The translations under genes and the position numbers were made by a program. The notes beneath the pieces were generated by a model. That model did not search any database. It was not told the DNA's origin and saw only the letters and a list, made by a program, of their open reading frames with translations. Shown here piece after piece: positions 30,160 to 41,205 of a stretch of DNA of 64,000 nucleotides (within the stretch, counting starts at the first letter, position 1; each line of letters starts with the position of its first letter). Origin of the DNA: an uncultured Bacteroidales bacterium (GTDB lineage Bacteria > Bacteroidota > Bacteroidia > Bacteroidales > TTA-H9); assembly GCA_964552325.1 (NCBI GenBank), contig CAZKHA010000002.1, forward strand, positions 16,758 through 80,757. Direction: 5' to 3'.

Positions 30160-31812
30160 ATGGATACAAATAAACCCAAAATACTTATAGTTGATGATAA
30201 GGAGCAAAACCTTATAACCCTTGAAGCCGTTTTGGGCGACTTTGAGGTAATATTTAACCGTGCCCTATCGGGTAACGAAGCACTTGCGTTAAGCCTTGAG
30301 CATGACTTTGCCCTTGCCATTATCGATATTCAGATGCCCGATATGGACGGATACGAAACTGTGAAGTTGATGCGGCAGGTAAACCGAACGAAAAACCTCC
30401 CAATCATATATGTATCTGCAATTTACAAAGAAGAATTTCATGTTGTAAAGGGTATTGAAGCCGGTGCTGTTGACTTTATTGTGAAACCCATTTTACCAGA
30501 AATACTTAAAGGCAAGGTAAAGGTATTCTTAGAACTGTATAAACACAAGGTAAACCTAGAAGAGTTGGTAAAACAACGCACCAACGAGCTACAACGAAAG
30601 AACGAACAGTTTTTGCAGGAAAAACAAAAAGCAGAAGCAGCAACCAATTCAAAATCAATGTTTTTGGCCAATATGAGCCACGAAATCAGGACCCCTCTAA
30701 ACGGTATAATTGGTATGACCAATTTGCTGAAACGAACTGACTTAAACAATGAACAAACTGAAATGCTTGATATCATTTCCATATCCAGCGATTACCTTCT
30801 TACTGTTATCAACGATATCCTTGACTTCTCGAAGATTGAATCGGGCCAAGTTGATTTAGAAAACATTGCTTTTAACCTTACCGATACCCTTAATGAAACC
30901 ATCACCATTTTTAGACCTAGATTACTTGGTAGCGAAATAAAAATGCAACTCACACAAAGCCAAACCGTGCCTAAATATGTAAAAGGTGATCAGGTGCGTT
31001 TAAAACAAATCCTCAGCAATTTGCTTGGCAATGCTGTTAAGTTTACCGAAAAAGGAAACATAACCATTGAAGTTCGGGTACTTGAAGAAGCTGCCGATTA
31101 CATAAAACTTAAATTTGATGTAAAAGATACCGGAATAGGCATTGATGAAGAAAACCTGTCAAAACTGTTTAAATCGTTTTCGCAAGCCGATGCATCAACA
31201 ACCCGCAAATATGGTGGGACCGGGCTTGGATTGGCAATTAGCAAGAGTTTGACTGAAATGATGGGCGGCAATATTGGCGTTACCAGTAAAAAAGGCAGTG
31301 GTTCTGATTTCTATTTTACGATTGTGTTTAACAAAGTAACTGACGAACAAGAAATACTTAAGCTGTTGAAGCCGCCTAAAAATGAACCTATTGAATCGCA
31401 ACCTAAAAAAATCCTTTTAGCCGAGGATAACCTCATCAATCAAAAAGTGGCTACTTACACCCTCAAAAACCTGGGATGCTCGTTTAAAATAGCCTCAAAT
31501 GGACTTCAGGCTTTAGAACTTTACAAGGCCGAACCATTCGATATCATCTTGATGGATATACAAATGCCTGAAATGGATGGTCTTGAGGCTACGCAAGCCA
31601 TTCGTGAATACGAACAAGAAAAAGGAATTGTACCCGGAGTAACCATTATTGCCTTAACCGCTAATGCAATAAAAGAAGCCATAGATGAGTATTTGTCGAA
31701 GGGCATGAACGGCTTTTTACCAAAGCCCTTTAAACCCGATGAGCTTCAAAACCTAATTAAAAACATTTCAAGTAAACCTAGCAATTATGAGCCAAGAAAA
31801 CCTCAATATTGA
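30160..31812 (+). CDS. Cytoplasmic hybrid histidine kinase (REC-HisKA-HATPase-REC)
   Basis: [50 protein letters not shown]. Confidence 0.93.
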   Translation: MDTNKPKILIVDDKEQNLITLEAVLGDFEVIFNRALSGNEALALSLEHDFALAIIDIQMPDMDGYETVKLMRQVNRTKNLPIIYVSAIYKEEFHVVKGIEAGAVDFIVKPILPEILKGKVKVFLELYKHKVNLEELVKQRTNELQRKNEQFLQEKQKAEAATNSKSMFLANMSHEIRTPLNGIIGMTNLLKRTDLNNEQTEMLDIISISSDYLLTVINDILDFSKIESGQVDLENIAFNLTDTLNETITIFRPRLLGSEIKMQLTQSQTVPKYVKGDQVRLKQILSNLLGNAVKFTEKGNITIEVRVLEEAADYIKLKFDVKDTGIGIDEENLSKLFKSFSQADASTTRKYGGTGLGLAISKSLTEMMGGNIGVTSKKGSGSDFYFTIVFNKVTDEQEILKLLKPPKNEPIESQPKKILLAEDNLINQKVATYTLKNLGCSFKIASNGLQALELYKAEPFDIILMDIQMPEMDGLEATQAIREYEQEKGIVPGVTIIALTANAIKEAIDEYLSKGMNGFLPKPFKPDELQNLIKNISSKPSNYEPRKPQY

Positions 31813-32626
31813 ACTAAAGCTTTTATTAGAAGCTCTTTATCTCAAATATGGCTATGATTTTAGGAGTTATTCGCAAGCCCATATTAAGCGGAGATTACTT
31901 CATAGGATGAATCTTGCCAATTGCAGCAGCTTATCAGAGATGCAATATAAGATACTGTATGATCAGGCATTTGCCCAACAGGTTCTGTACGATTTCTCGA
32001 TAAACGTAACCGAAATGTTTCGCGACCCAGACTTTTATAAGGCTGTTAGAGAACAAGTTATACCAATTCTAAAAACATACCCGTTTATTAAGATTTGGCA
32101 TGCAGGCTGTTCTACGGGCGAGGAAGTATATTCAATGGCTATACTGTTGAAAGAAGAAGGCTTGTTTGACCGTTCGCAGATATATGCCACCGATTTTAAC
32201 CAAAAAGTGCTTAAAACGGCAAAAGATGGTATCTATCCAATAGATAAGATCAAAGAGTACACCTATAATTATCAAAAAGCAGGCGGTAAGGAATCTTTCT
32301 CAAACTATTATGATGCTGATTACAACTCCGTTATAATAGATAAAAACCTTAAAAAAAACATTGTATTTGCCGATCATAACCTTGTAACGGATAGTGTGTT
32401 TGCCGAGGTTAACATTGTTTTTTGCCGAAATGTGCTCATTTATTTTACCAAAGACCTTCAAGACAGGGTAATACGCTTATTTCTTGAAAGCCTAATACCT
32501 GGGGGGGTTTTATGCCTTGGTTCGAAGGAAAACATACAATTTTCAGAACATGGGCAACACTTTTCTGTTATTAACAGAAACGAAAAGATATTTAAGAAGG
32601 AATACTCATATAAAAACACCTTGTGA
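31787..32626 (+). CDS. cheR: CheR-family protein-glutamate O-methyltransferase
   Basis: [46 protein letters not shown]. Confidence 0.93.
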   Translation: MSQENLNIELKLLLEALYLKYGYDFRSYSQAHIKRRLLHRMNLANCSSLSEMQYKILYDQAFAQQVLYDFSINVTEMFRDPDFYKAVREQVIPILKTYPFIKIWHAGCSTGEEVYSMAILLKEEGLFDRSQIYATDFNQKVLKTAKDGIYPIDKIKEYTYNYQKAGGKESFSNYYDADYNSVIIDKNLKKNIVFADHNLVTDSVFAEVNIVFCRNVLIYFTKDLQDRVIRLFLESLIPGGVLCLGSKENIQFSEHGQHFSVINRNEKIFKKEYSYKNTL

Positions 32627-33198
32627 AGCCTAAAAACCCATATAAAGCTGTTGTTATTGGAGCGTCGGCTGGCGGTCTCGATGCCCTGTCGCGGCTACTG
32701 GGGGCTATCCCTTTGGGCTTTAAGCTTCCAATAATGGTAGTGCAGCATTTGAGCCCACATTCTGATAATTACCTGGCACAACATCTTGATAATCTTTCAA
32801 AATATACGGTTAAAGAGGCCGAAGAAAAAGAGGCCATCAAAAGCCATACGGTTTATATTGCTCCTCCAAACTATCACTTGATGGTTGAAGAGAACTTTAC
32901 GCTTTCGTTAAGCGTTGATGAAAAAGTGAATTATGCCCGTCCTTCGCTTGATGTTCTATTTGAAACAGCGGCATATGCTTATGGCAAAAATTTGATTTGT
33001 ATAGTTTTAACTGGTGCTAACAACGATGGGAGCAAGGGTGCCCTAACAATTAAGAAAAACGGTGGATTGGTTATTATCCAAGATCCAGAAACGGCTTATG
33101 TAAAAACCATGCCTGAATCTGTACTATCGCTTTTAAAACCCGATTACAGTGTTTCTATCGAGTCAATGCCTGAAATTTTGATGGGTTTGGTAAAATAA
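32623..33198 (+). CDS. cheB: CheB methylesterase domain only (no receiver)
   Basis: IGASAGG (Ser), VVQH (His), RPSLDVLF, LTGANNDG (Asp), QDPETA...MP. Confidence 0.92.
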   Translation: MKPKNPYKAVVIGASAGGLDALSRLLGAIPLGFKLPIMVVQHLSPHSDNYLAQHLDNLSKYTVKEAEEKEAIKSHTVYIAPPNYHLMVEENFTLSLSVDEKVNYARPSLDVLFETAAYAYGKNLICIVLTGANNDGSKGALTIKKNGGLVIIQDPETAYVKTMPESVLSLLKPDYSVSIESMPEILMGLVK

Positions 33199-33226
33199 AA
33201 AAAGCCCCCTAACTGGAGGCTATTTT
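33197..33226. terminator. Probable bidirectional terminator between cheB and tRNA-Phe
   Basis: A-run, imperfect AGCC...GGCT stem, T-rich tail. Confidence 0.55.
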
Positions 33227-33237
33227 ATTCTTAGCGG

Positions 33238-33310
<73 letters not shown>

Positions 33311-33326
33311 GTCGTAATTGGAGGTG

Positions 33327-33334
33327 CAAAGATA
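33327..33334 (-). promoter_or_regulatory. -7 element (TATCTTTG) for tRNA-Phe
   Basis: TAnnTTTGCA 16 nt upstream of tRNA 5' end; a divergent TACTTTTG at 33388-33395 serves coaX. Confidence 0.65.
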
Positions 33335-33413
33335 CATCCATTTTTATAATCTCCAAATTTTTTTTCCAGAATTGCGGATTCCACCCGTACTTTTGCAGTC
33401 AAATTTTTGCGCT

Positions 33414-34160
33414 ATGACCACCCTTGTGCTTGATTTAGGTAATACCAATCAAAAGGCTGCCATTTTTAATAATGCTGAATTACAATCAATTATTATACAT
33501 CCTGAATTGAGGCCTGATCTTTTAGACAGCTTTATTGACCAACAAGCAACCGTAAAACCATTTTCATGCTTAATGGCCTCGGTAGTACCTGTAGAGCCAA
33601 GTTTAGTTACTTACTTAACAGCAAATTATAGGTTTGCTCAACTATCTTATGCTATGCCCCTGCCAATAACGCTCAATTACCAAACACCCGAAACATTGGG
33701 TGCCGATCGCATTGCGGCTGCCACGGCCATATCCTATCGGTCGCCCAATCAAACTTCGCTTTCGATTATAGCAGGCTCATGCATAATTTATGATCTTGTT
33801 GATAAAAATAAGGTTTACCAAGGAGGTGCAATATCTCCGGGCCTAGAAATGCGCCTCAAAGCTTTAAATACTTTCAGCAAGAAGTTGCCGTTAGTACCCT
33901 TACAGCCGTTTGATGAGTTAACGGGAGCTACTACCCACCAATCGATTTTATCAGGGGTACTCAATGGAATTGCGTTTGAAATTGACGGTTTTATTGAGCA
34001 TTTGAAGTTAAAATATCCCGATATTAACGTATTTGTTAGTGGTGGAGACCTCAATTATTTTGATAAACGACTAAAAAATAACATCTTTGCAGTCCCAAAT
34101 CTTGTTCTTGAGGGACTTAACAAAATCTTACTATTTAATGAAAACCAACTATCGGTTTAG
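33414..34160 (+). CDS. coaX: Type III pantothenate kinase
   Basis: LVLDLGNT, ASVV, Y.TPETLGADR, GGAISPGL.MR, SGGD, LVLEGL; ATG at 33414. Confidence 0.93.
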   Translation: MTTLVLDLGNTNQKAAIFNNAELQSIIIHPELRPDLLDSFIDQQATVKPFSCLMASVVPVEPSLVTYLTANYRFAQLSYAMPLPITLNYQTPETLGADRIAAATAISYRSPNQTSLSIIAGSCIIYDLVDKNKVYQGGAISPGLEMRLKALNTFSKKLPLVPLQPFDELTGATTHQSILSGVLNGIAFEIDGFIEHLKLKYPDINVFVSGGDLNYFDKRLKNNIFAVPNLVLEGLNKILLFNENQLSV

Positions 34161-35427
34161 TTACGTACTTGCACTGAGTTTTCTGCTGTTTCCTATAGCA
34201 CAAAGTTTCGGTCAAACTAATTATAACTCAGCTTATTCCAACTATGGGCTGGGCGATCTCTCGAACAATACCAACACACGAAATTTCTCGATGGGAGGCA
34301 TTACACAAGGTATGCGTGGCTATTACAACATCAACCACCAAAACCCTGCATCTTACACCGCTTTCGACTCCTTATCGTTTGTTTTTGAGGGCGCTATGTA
34401 TTCAAATTTCACTACTCATAAAACCGAAGCCACGTCAGAGCAAGCCAGTAATGCCGGACTATCGTACTTGACCTTTGGCTTTCCTATAACCCATTGGATG
34501 AGTGCAAGTTTTGGTGTTTTACCCTACAGTATGATAGGTTACAACATTTATAACCTCGAAACCGATCCCTTTTATGGCGAAGTAAATCAAGTTTTTTCTG
34601 GTGATGGCGGTACAACCCAATATTATATTGGGACAGGCTTTAAACTTACCAAAAACCTCTCTCTAGGGGTAAATGCTTGGTATTTAAATGGTAACCTAGA
34701 AAACTCGAGAATTCTAAGCTTTCAAGATTCATCGTATGTTTTTAACACAAGGGTAAAACGCAATATATTTATTGGCGACGTTAACTTTACAGCTGGCCTT
34801 CAGTACACCAAGTATTTTGGCAAAAGCAAAAGGTTTACGGCTGGTTTAACCTATGGGCATGGTAAAAACATGGCAATTACCAACGAAGAACTGGTTGAAA
34901 CGCTTTTTGGTGGCCTTAACAATTCGAATGAATACTATAAAGATACGATCTATTACCAAGCACCTACTGATGGAAACCTTTACCTACCAATGGTTTTAGG
35001 TGGGGGCTTTGTTCTTGAGAAAGCGGAAAGATGGCTTGTTGGTGCGGATATTGAATATGGTTTTTGGCAAGATTATAAGCTAAATGATGTTTCGGATAGT
35101 TTGCGCAATTCGCTAAAAATTAAAGTTGGGGGAGAACTGATACCAAGCTCCTCTAGTATTTCCAAATACTGGCAAAAAGTTAGGTATCGTGCTGGTTTCC
35201 ATTATTCTAAGTCTTACCTTAAATTAAAAAACACTGGGGTTGATGAATTTGGCCTGAGTTTTGGTCTTGGGTTGCCAATAAAACGCTTAGCAACCACGGT
35301 TAACCTTGGAATGGAAATAGGCAAAAGGGGCACTGTGGAGAACAACCTTATACAAGATAACTTTATACAGTTTAGGTTGGGTATATCCATAACCGAACGA
35401 TGGTTTGTTAAACGAAAATATAACTAA
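34138..35427 (+). CDS. Outer-membrane beta-barrel protein (FadL/OmpP1-like)
   Basis: Signal peptide; NSAYSNYGLG, SMGG, NPAS, LPYS..GY; C-terminal ERWF. Confidence 0.75.
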   Translation: MKTNYRFSYVLALSFLLFPIAQSFGQTNYNSAYSNYGLGDLSNNTNTRNFSMGGITQGMRGYYNINHQNPASYTAFDSLSFVFEGAMYSNFTTHKTEATSEQASNAGLSYLTFGFPITHWMSASFGVLPYSMIGYNIYNLETDPFYGEVNQVFSGDGGTTQYYIGTGFKLTKNLSLGVNAWYLNGNLENSRILSFQDSSYVFNTRVKRNIFIGDVNFTAGLQYTKYFGKSKRFTAGLTYGHGKNMAITNEELVETLFGGLNNSNEYYKDTIYYQAPTDGNLYLPMVLGGGFVLEKAERWLVGADIEYGFWQDYKLNDVSDSLRNSLKIKVGGELIPSSSSISKYWQKVRYRAGFHYSKSYLKLKNTGVDEFGLSFGLGLPIKRLATTVNLGMEIGKRGTVENNLIQDNFIQFRLGISITERWFVKRKYN

Positions 35428-35460
35428 TTGAAATACTTTCTATTGAAAATTTGAACTACT

Positions 35461-36822
35461 ATGAAAACCCGTATTGTCCTTTTAAGCCTTATCTCAGTTG
35501 TACTCCTGGGATTTCAGAAGCCAGCCTTTTCGCAATGCAGTGGCTCGGCTAAGTTTGGTTCCGATAGCATTACTTGTGTGACCAACTTATCGCTTTACCG
35601 CGAATTTTATAAGCAAAAAAACTACAAGGATGCCTACACCCCATGGCGTTGGATTATCGAAAACTGCCCATGTGCAAAACTATCACCTTATGTTGATGGC
35701 ATTAAGATAATGGATAGCCGCATACAAAGCATTAAAGATCCTCAAGCACGTGAATTGGCAATTGATTCTTTATTAGCTATTTATGATTTAAGAATAAAAA
35801 ACTTTCCTATAAGCCCAACCACAAAGAAAAACCAAGTTGGCGAAATCTTAACCCGTAAAGGAATGGATTACTTCAACTATAGGCCTAATGATGCTGGCAA
35901 AGCATTCGAAATTCTTCAAAATGCTATTAAGGTTGATAGCACCCACGTTATGGTTGAAGGTATAGTAACCATTATGCAGGTTGGCATTAAAATGGTGAAA
36001 GATGGAAAAGCCGAAAAAACCGTGGTTATTGACACTTACGACCAACTGAGCGATTTGATTGAAAACAATATCAACTACTATGCTAACGATTCCACAGCCC
36101 AATCAGTTTATATCCAAGCTAGGGGCAACCTTGAGTTTTTGTTTGAGCCTTTTGCAACCTGCGAAGATTTGGTAGCCATTTATACCCCAAAGTTTGAGCA
36201 AAACCCCAATGATGCGAGCCTGCTCAAGAAGATTACGAAAATCCTTGACAAAAAGAAATGTACTGACTCGCCTTTATTCTTTGGTGCTACCGAAAACCTT
36301 CACAAGCTCGAGCCTTCAGCTACTTCGGCCTACCTTATGGCTCGCAAGTATTTAAAAGAAGAGAAATACGAAGTTGCGGCTCAATACCTTAAAGAAGCTA
36401 TTAACCTATTTGGCCCCGACGATATTGATAAGAAAGCTAAAGCCTTCTTACTGTTAGGCAATGTATATTTGGGAGAAAAGAATTATACGTTGGCCAAACA
36501 ATATGCACTTAAAGTTCTTGAATTGAAACCAAGTGATGGCAATGCATACATTCTTATTGGTGATGCTTATGCTGCAGGTGCAGGTGCTTGTGGTGACAAC
36601 GATTTAACTAAGCGCGCCCCCTATTGGGCAGCAGTTGACAAATATCAGACTGCCAAGCGCATTGACCCTTCAATAGCTCCAATTGCTGACAAGCGTATCA
36701 GTTCCTATGCAGCATCATTCCCTTCAATGGAAACCATCTTCTTTTATGGTCTAAAACAAGGCGAGGGTTACAGGGTTGAGTGTTGGATTAATGAAAGTAC
36801 CACTGTAAGAACCTCTCGTTAA
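35461..36822 (+). CDS. Exported TPR protein
   Basis: Signal peptide; LSLYRE..K.KNY.DAY.PW; TPRs; C-terminal CWINESTTVR. Confidence 0.8.
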   Translation: MKTRIVLLSLISVVLLGFQKPAFSQCSGSAKFGSDSITCVTNLSLYREFYKQKNYKDAYTPWRWIIENCPCAKLSPYVDGIKIMDSRIQSIKDPQARELAIDSLLAIYDLRIKNFPISPTTKKNQVGEILTRKGMDYFNYRPNDAGKAFEILQNAIKVDSTHVMVEGIVTIMQVGIKMVKDGKAEKTVVIDTYDQLSDLIENNINYYANDSTAQSVYIQARGNLEFLFEPFATCEDLVAIYTPKFEQNPNDASLLKKITKILDKKKCTDSPLFFGATENLHKLEPSATSAYLMARKYLKEEKYEVAAQYLKEAINLFGPDDIDKKAKAFLLLGNVYLGEKNYTLAKQYALKVLELKPSDGNAYILIGDAYAAGAGACGDNDLTKRAPYWAAVDKYQTAKRIDPSIAPIADKRISSYAASFPSMETIFFYGLKQGEGYRVECWINESTTVRTSR

Positions 36823-36834
36823 ATACTATAACCT

Positions 36835-37401
36835 GTGTTTAACCTAAGAACACGGAATACGTTCTCAGTCATTGCCATAGCCACGGTTATGGCAATGCTG
36901 TTTTCATGTGAGAACGATATGAAGACCATCCAGAAGTTTACCCAAGGCGATACCTTGCCCGATGAGATGATACGGGACTTCGAGATGACCTATACCGATT
37001 CTGGATATACTACTTTTAGGCTTACCAGCCCATTATTGTACAGTTTTGAAGGCGCAGAGCCTAAAATGGTGTTTCCTCAAGGCCTTTTTGTTCAGAGCTA
37101 CGACAAAAACAACAACCTAAAAACCACCTTAAGAGCTAATTATGCCATAAATTACCCTCAACGAAAGCTAATGGAGGTACACAAAAACGTGGTGGTTGAG
37201 AATAAAGAACGAGGGGAGTTGCTTTATACTGAATTCCTTATTTGGGATCAGCGGATTAAGAAAATTCACACAGAGGCGTTTATCCGTATTCGCACTGTTG
37301 ACAAAATACTTTTTGGCAAAGGCCTTGAGGCTGATGAAGGTTTCAAGAAAAGGACAATACGCCAAATTTCAGGCGAAATACTTGTAAACGCTGATGAATA
37401 A
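36835..37401 (+). CDS. lptC: LPS export periplasmic protein LptC (lipoprotein form)
   Basis: Lipobox LFSC; YTDSG, FPQG, A.YA, NVVV.N, LYTEFLIWD, I.G.G. Confidence 0.8.
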   Translation: MFNLRTRNTFSVIAIATVMAMLFSCENDMKTIQKFTQGDTLPDEMIRDFEMTYTDSGYTTFRLTSPLLYSFEGAEPKMVFPQGLFVQSYDKNNNLKTTLRANYAINYPQRKLMEVHKNVVVENKERGELLYTEFLIWDQRIKKIHTEAFIRIRTVDKILFGKGLEADEGFKKRTIRQISGEILVNADE

Positions 37402-37420
37402 CAACCAACACTAGCCATAA

Positions 37421-38686
37421 ATGGGATATGAAGCTTACGTTATAATAGTTCTTTCACTTTTGCTATCTGCCTTGTTTTCGGGTACCGAAATTGCTTTTTT
37501 AACCGCGAACAAACTGAAAATAGAACTTGATAAAAATCAAGGAATATTGACAGCCAGATTATTATCAAGATTTTTAACTAAACCATCGGCTTTATTGGGT
37601 ACCGTTTTGTTAGGTAATAATATTGCGCTGGTGGTATATGGTTTAGCTATAGAGCCCGTTCTTGACAGAACCATAAAGATTAGTTGGGGGCTAAACCAGC
37701 TAAACGAGGCAAGCATCCTTATTCTTCAAACCCTCATTTCGACTCTTATCATTCTTTTCCTTGCAGAATTTCTTCCGAAGGCATTATTTCGTTTAAACCC
37801 CAACAAAATCCTAAACTGGGTTGCTTTACCAATATTTTTAGTTTATATTCTTCTCTATCCAATTGTATATCTGTTTATTAGCACTTCCGAAATTATTCTA
37901 TACTTTTTTCTTGGCAGCAAACTTCCTCGCCATGCTTATGAGTACAGCCCTGTTGACCTTGATCATTTTATCAGGGAATTTACCGAATCAAAGCCTTCGG
38001 ACGATTTGGCCCAAGAAATACAAATGTTTCAAAACGTTCTAGATTTCAAGGAAATAAAACTGCGTGAATGTATGGTTCCTCGCCCTTACATAGTTGCTAT
38101 ACCCCTTGACACTCCCATTGATGTTGCCAATAAGCGTTTTATTGATACTGGGCATTCTAAGTTATTGGTATTCAATAAAACAATTGACGATATTATTGGT
38201 TACATCCATTCATTTGACATGTTCAGCAACCCTACTACCATTAAAAACGTACTTAAGCCTGTTATGCTAATGCCTGAAAGCATGCAAGCCAACAAAGCAC
38301 TCAAAACCCTTATCCAAGAAAAAAAGAGTGTGGCCGTAGTGATGGATGAATTTGGAGGAACCTCGGGCATGGTAACTGTTGAAGATTTGATTGAAGAAAT
38401 AGTAGGTGAGATTAATGATGAGTTTGATACCAGCAAAATAGTTGAAAAACAGTTGAATGAAAAGGAATACATATTTTCGGCCCGTGCAGAAATTGACCAT
38501 ATCAACCTAAAGTATACCCTTAGTTTGCCCGAATCAGAAGAATATGAAACCCTTGGTGGCTTAATTATAAGCATACACGAAAACATTCCATCGGAGGGCG
38601 ACGAAATTGAAACGGACGACTATACATTCCGCATTATCCAGTCATCGGATAAAAAGATTGAAAAAGTTAAGTTAACGGTTAAGTAA
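37421..38686 (+). CDS. HlyC/CorC-family (DUF21-CBS-CorC) transporter
   Basis: SALFSGTEIA, GNNIA, EFLPK, ECMVPR, DEFGGTSG.VT.ED, ETLGG. Confidence 0.9.
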   Translation: MGYEAYVIIVLSLLLSALFSGTEIAFLTANKLKIELDKNQGILTARLLSRFLTKPSALLGTVLLGNNIALVVYGLAIEPVLDRTIKISWGLNQLNEASILILQTLISTLIILFLAEFLPKALFRLNPNKILNWVALPIFLVYILLYPIVYLFISTSEIILYFFLGSKLPRHAYEYSPVDLDHFIREFTESKPSDDLAQEIQMFQNVLDFKEIKLRECMVPRPYIVAIPLDTPIDVANKRFIDTGHSKLLVFNKTIDDIIGYIHSFDMFSNPTTIKNVLKPVMLMPESMQANKALKTLIQEKKSVAVVMDEFGGTSGMVTVEDLIEEIVGEINDEFDTSKIVEKQLNEKEYIFSARAEIDHINLKYTLSLPESEEYETLGGLIISIHENIPSEGDEIETDDYTFRIIQSSDKKIEKVKLTVK

Positions 38687-38943
38687 AGCCGAGCACCCAT
38701 TGTGCGCAAAAAATTTTAATAACTTATTGTTAATCTTTACTTTATGTTTCAATAAAAAGATGCTTCTTGATTTAAAAACTCGCTTCAATATAGGCTCATA
38801 ACCTTGCGAGGCGTTGAAATGGGTGGCTAAAATCGGAAGTTTTTTGAAGAAAAAGAAACTTACACAGGGCTAAGAAGTTAAAAGCGCTCAAAAACAGGTA
38901 CAAGCTGATTATCAAAAAATTTTGCCCTTTAAACATCTTATCG

Positions 38944-38951
38944 TAAATTTG
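38944..38951 (+). promoter_or_regulatory. -7 element (TAAATTTG) for PPIase gene
   Basis: TAnnTTTGCA 25 nt upstream of ATG. Confidence 0.6.
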
Positions 38952-38976
38952 CAGCCTTTTATAAAAATTAATAGAA

Positions 38977-41088
38977 ATGGCTATTTTAGGAAACATTAGA
39001 AAACGTTCGGGACTTGCAGTAATTTTTGTGGGTGTGGCCATAGCTGCCTTTGTTCTGGGAGATATTGGAAAACGGACATGGAGATCAGTGCCACCAATGG
39101 GTGAAATTGCTGGTGAAAAGATTGCTGGTAAAGACTTTGAGCTTAAGGTAGAAGAAAACTTGAAGTTTGCAAAACAAAGTGCAAAAAAGGAAAACCTCAC
39201 ATCGGAAGAGACTTTCCAGGTAAGGCAAAACACCTGGAGCCAAATGGTTAATGAAATCGTAATGAATAACGCCTACGAAGAATTAGGTCTTACCATTACC
39301 GAGGACGAGCTTACCGAACAAATTCAAGGTAAGAACCCTCATAAATACATCGTAAGCAATTTTACGGATCCCAAAACGGGTCAATTCAGCCGTGAGATGC
39401 TTGTTAATTTTTTCCAGAACATCGACAAACTGGAACCAGAAGTAAAGCAACAAGTAGAAAGCCTTATAACAGCCATCAAATCAGACCGGCTCAATTCCAA
39501 ATTTATGAGCTTAGTTGGAAAAGGCTACTATATGCCAAAAGCTTTGGCTCAAAAAGACTATCAACTAAAGAACCAAAAAGCAAAATTTACTTACGTATCA
39601 CAAAGCTTTACACTTATTTCTGATAGTGCTGTTACACTAACCGATAAAGATTACCAAGCTTACTATGAGAAGAACAAAAAGAGTTATGAACAAGAAGAAT
39701 CACGTGATTTAGACTATGTGATTTTTGAAGTTCAGCCCTCGGCCGCTGACCGCGAAGAAGCGTCAAAGGCAATTAATAAGCTTTATACTGACATGCAAGC
39801 CGCCAATGATTTGGTTGACTTTGTAAACTTCAACTCCGAAGAGCGCTACGATAGCACCTTTAAGAAAAAAGGTTCACTACCTATACAAATCGATTCGATA
39901 TTATTCAACTCAGCAATAGGCACAATGGTAGGCCCAATCCTTGACAACAACACTTACACCATTGCCAAGCTGGTTGACGTGCAAACACGCCCAGATTCCT
40001 TAAAAGCATCACACATTTTGATTGCTTACAAAGATGCTTTTGGCGCACAAGATGTAAAACGCACAAAAGAACAAGCCAAAAAACTTGCTGATAGTATTTT
40101 TGCTGCCGCTAAAGGTGACAAAAAGAAATTCGAAGATTTGGCACTTAAATATTCTAACGATCCTACAGCCAAAGAAAAGAAAGGCGATTTAGGTTGGTTT
40201 GCCGATGGCAATATGGTATATCCTTTTAACAAGGCTGTGCTTGATGCTAAGGTTGGAGACATTACCAAGGCAGAAAGCCAATTTGGCTTCCATGTAATTA
40301 ATGTAACTGGTAAAACCACTCCATCCAAAAAAGTAAGGGTTGCTTTAGTTAAGCAGACTATTACCCCAAGTAACAAAACCCGTCAAGAGATTTACACACA
40401 AGCAAGTTCTTTTGCTGGCCAAAACCGTACTACAGAAGCTTTTAACAAAGCCGTTGCAGATCAAAGCCTCAACAAAAGGACCAAAGATTTTACCTCGGCC
40501 ATGGAAATGGGACTACCAGGCATTGAAACCGGAAGGGAAGTTGTTCGTTGGGCGTTTAGCCAAGACGTAAAAGCAGGTGATGTTTCGGATGTGAAAGATA
40601 TTGATGGAAAATATGTAGTTGTAAACCTTAAAAAAATCAAAGCTAAAGGAATTGCATCACTCGAAGATTTGAAGCAAAGCATTGAGCCAATGATTAAGAA
40701 GGAGAAAAAAATAGAAATGCTTGCCGAAAAGATGTCAAAAGTTGGTGCTACCAATCTAGCAGCCCTTGCTCAGAATTTGAACGCAAAGGTTGATACAGCC
40801 TCTGATATCACTTTCTTTACATACAATTTACCAGGAGCTGGCCGTGAGCCACGTGTACTGGGTGAAGTATTCTCGATGAATCAAGGCGAAACTTCCAAAC
40901 CCATTAAAGGCGAGAATTTTGCTTTTGTGGTACGTGTTGAAGAATTTACCGATGCACCCGCAAAATCAGATTTGAGCGCTGAAGCCCGCCAACTGGAAGG
41001 TAGTTTTAATGCGCGCATCTCAAATTCGATTATTCGAACCCTTGAAAAGTTAGCTGATGTAAAAGACAATCGTGTATTATACTACTAG
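38977..41088 (+). CDS. PpiD-like membrane-anchored parvulin peptidylprolyl isomerase
   Basis: MAILGNIRK N-terminal TM; KASHILI, S.D....KGDLGWF, MV.PF, SQFGFHVI; C-terminal DNR. Confidence 0.88.
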   Translation: MAILGNIRKRSGLAVIFVGVAIAAFVLGDIGKRTWRSVPPMGEIAGEKIAGKDFELKVEENLKFAKQSAKKENLTSEETFQVRQNTWSQMVNEIVMNNAYEELGLTITEDELTEQIQGKNPHKYIVSNFTDPKTGQFSREMLVNFFQNIDKLEPEVKQQVESLITAIKSDRLNSKFMSLVGKGYYMPKALAQKDYQLKNQKAKFTYVSQSFTLISDSAVTLTDKDYQAYYEKNKKSYEQEESRDLDYVIFEVQPSAADREEASKAINKLYTDMQAANDLVDFVNFNSEERYDSTFKKKGSLPIQIDSILFNSAIGTMVGPILDNNTYTIAKLVDVQTRPDSLKASHILIAYKDAFGAQDVKRTKEQAKKLADSIFAAAKGDKKKFEDLALKYSNDPTAKEKKGDLGWFADGNMVYPFNKAVLDAKVGDITKAESQFGFHVINVTGKTTPSKKVRVALVKQTITPSNKTRQEIYTQASSFAGQNRTTEAFNKAVADQSLNKRTKDFTSAMEMGLPGIETGREVVRWAFSQDVKAGDVSDVKDIDGKYVVVNLKKIKAKGIASLEDLKQSIEPMIKKEKKIEMLAEKMSKVGATNLAALAQNLNAKVDTASDITFFTYNLPGAGREPRVLGEVFSMNQGETSKPIKGENFAFVVRVEEFTDAPAKSDLSAEARQLEGSFNARISNSIIRTLEKLADVKDNRVLYY

Positions 41089-41108
41089 CCAATTAATTAA
41101 GTTATACG

Positions 41109-41135
41109 AAGCCGGCCATTGAGCCGGCTTTTTTT
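41109..41135 (+). terminator. Intrinsic terminator after PPIase gene
   Basis: AAGCCGGC-CATTGA-GCCGGCTT plus T-run. Confidence 0.85.
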
Positions 41136-41205
41136 ATAAAGTGGCATCAACAAACCAACGCCATTCGCCTTTTTAAGATAATTTAGCAGCATAAAATAAG
41201 CCTTC

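Noticed and set aside
37421-38686. Hemolysin or toxin call
   Set aside because: Standard DUF21-CBS-CorC housekeeping transporter in conserved synteny
38796-39233. 145-aa minus-strand ORF
   Set aside because: Overlaps the PPIase start and promoter in antisense; no motifs
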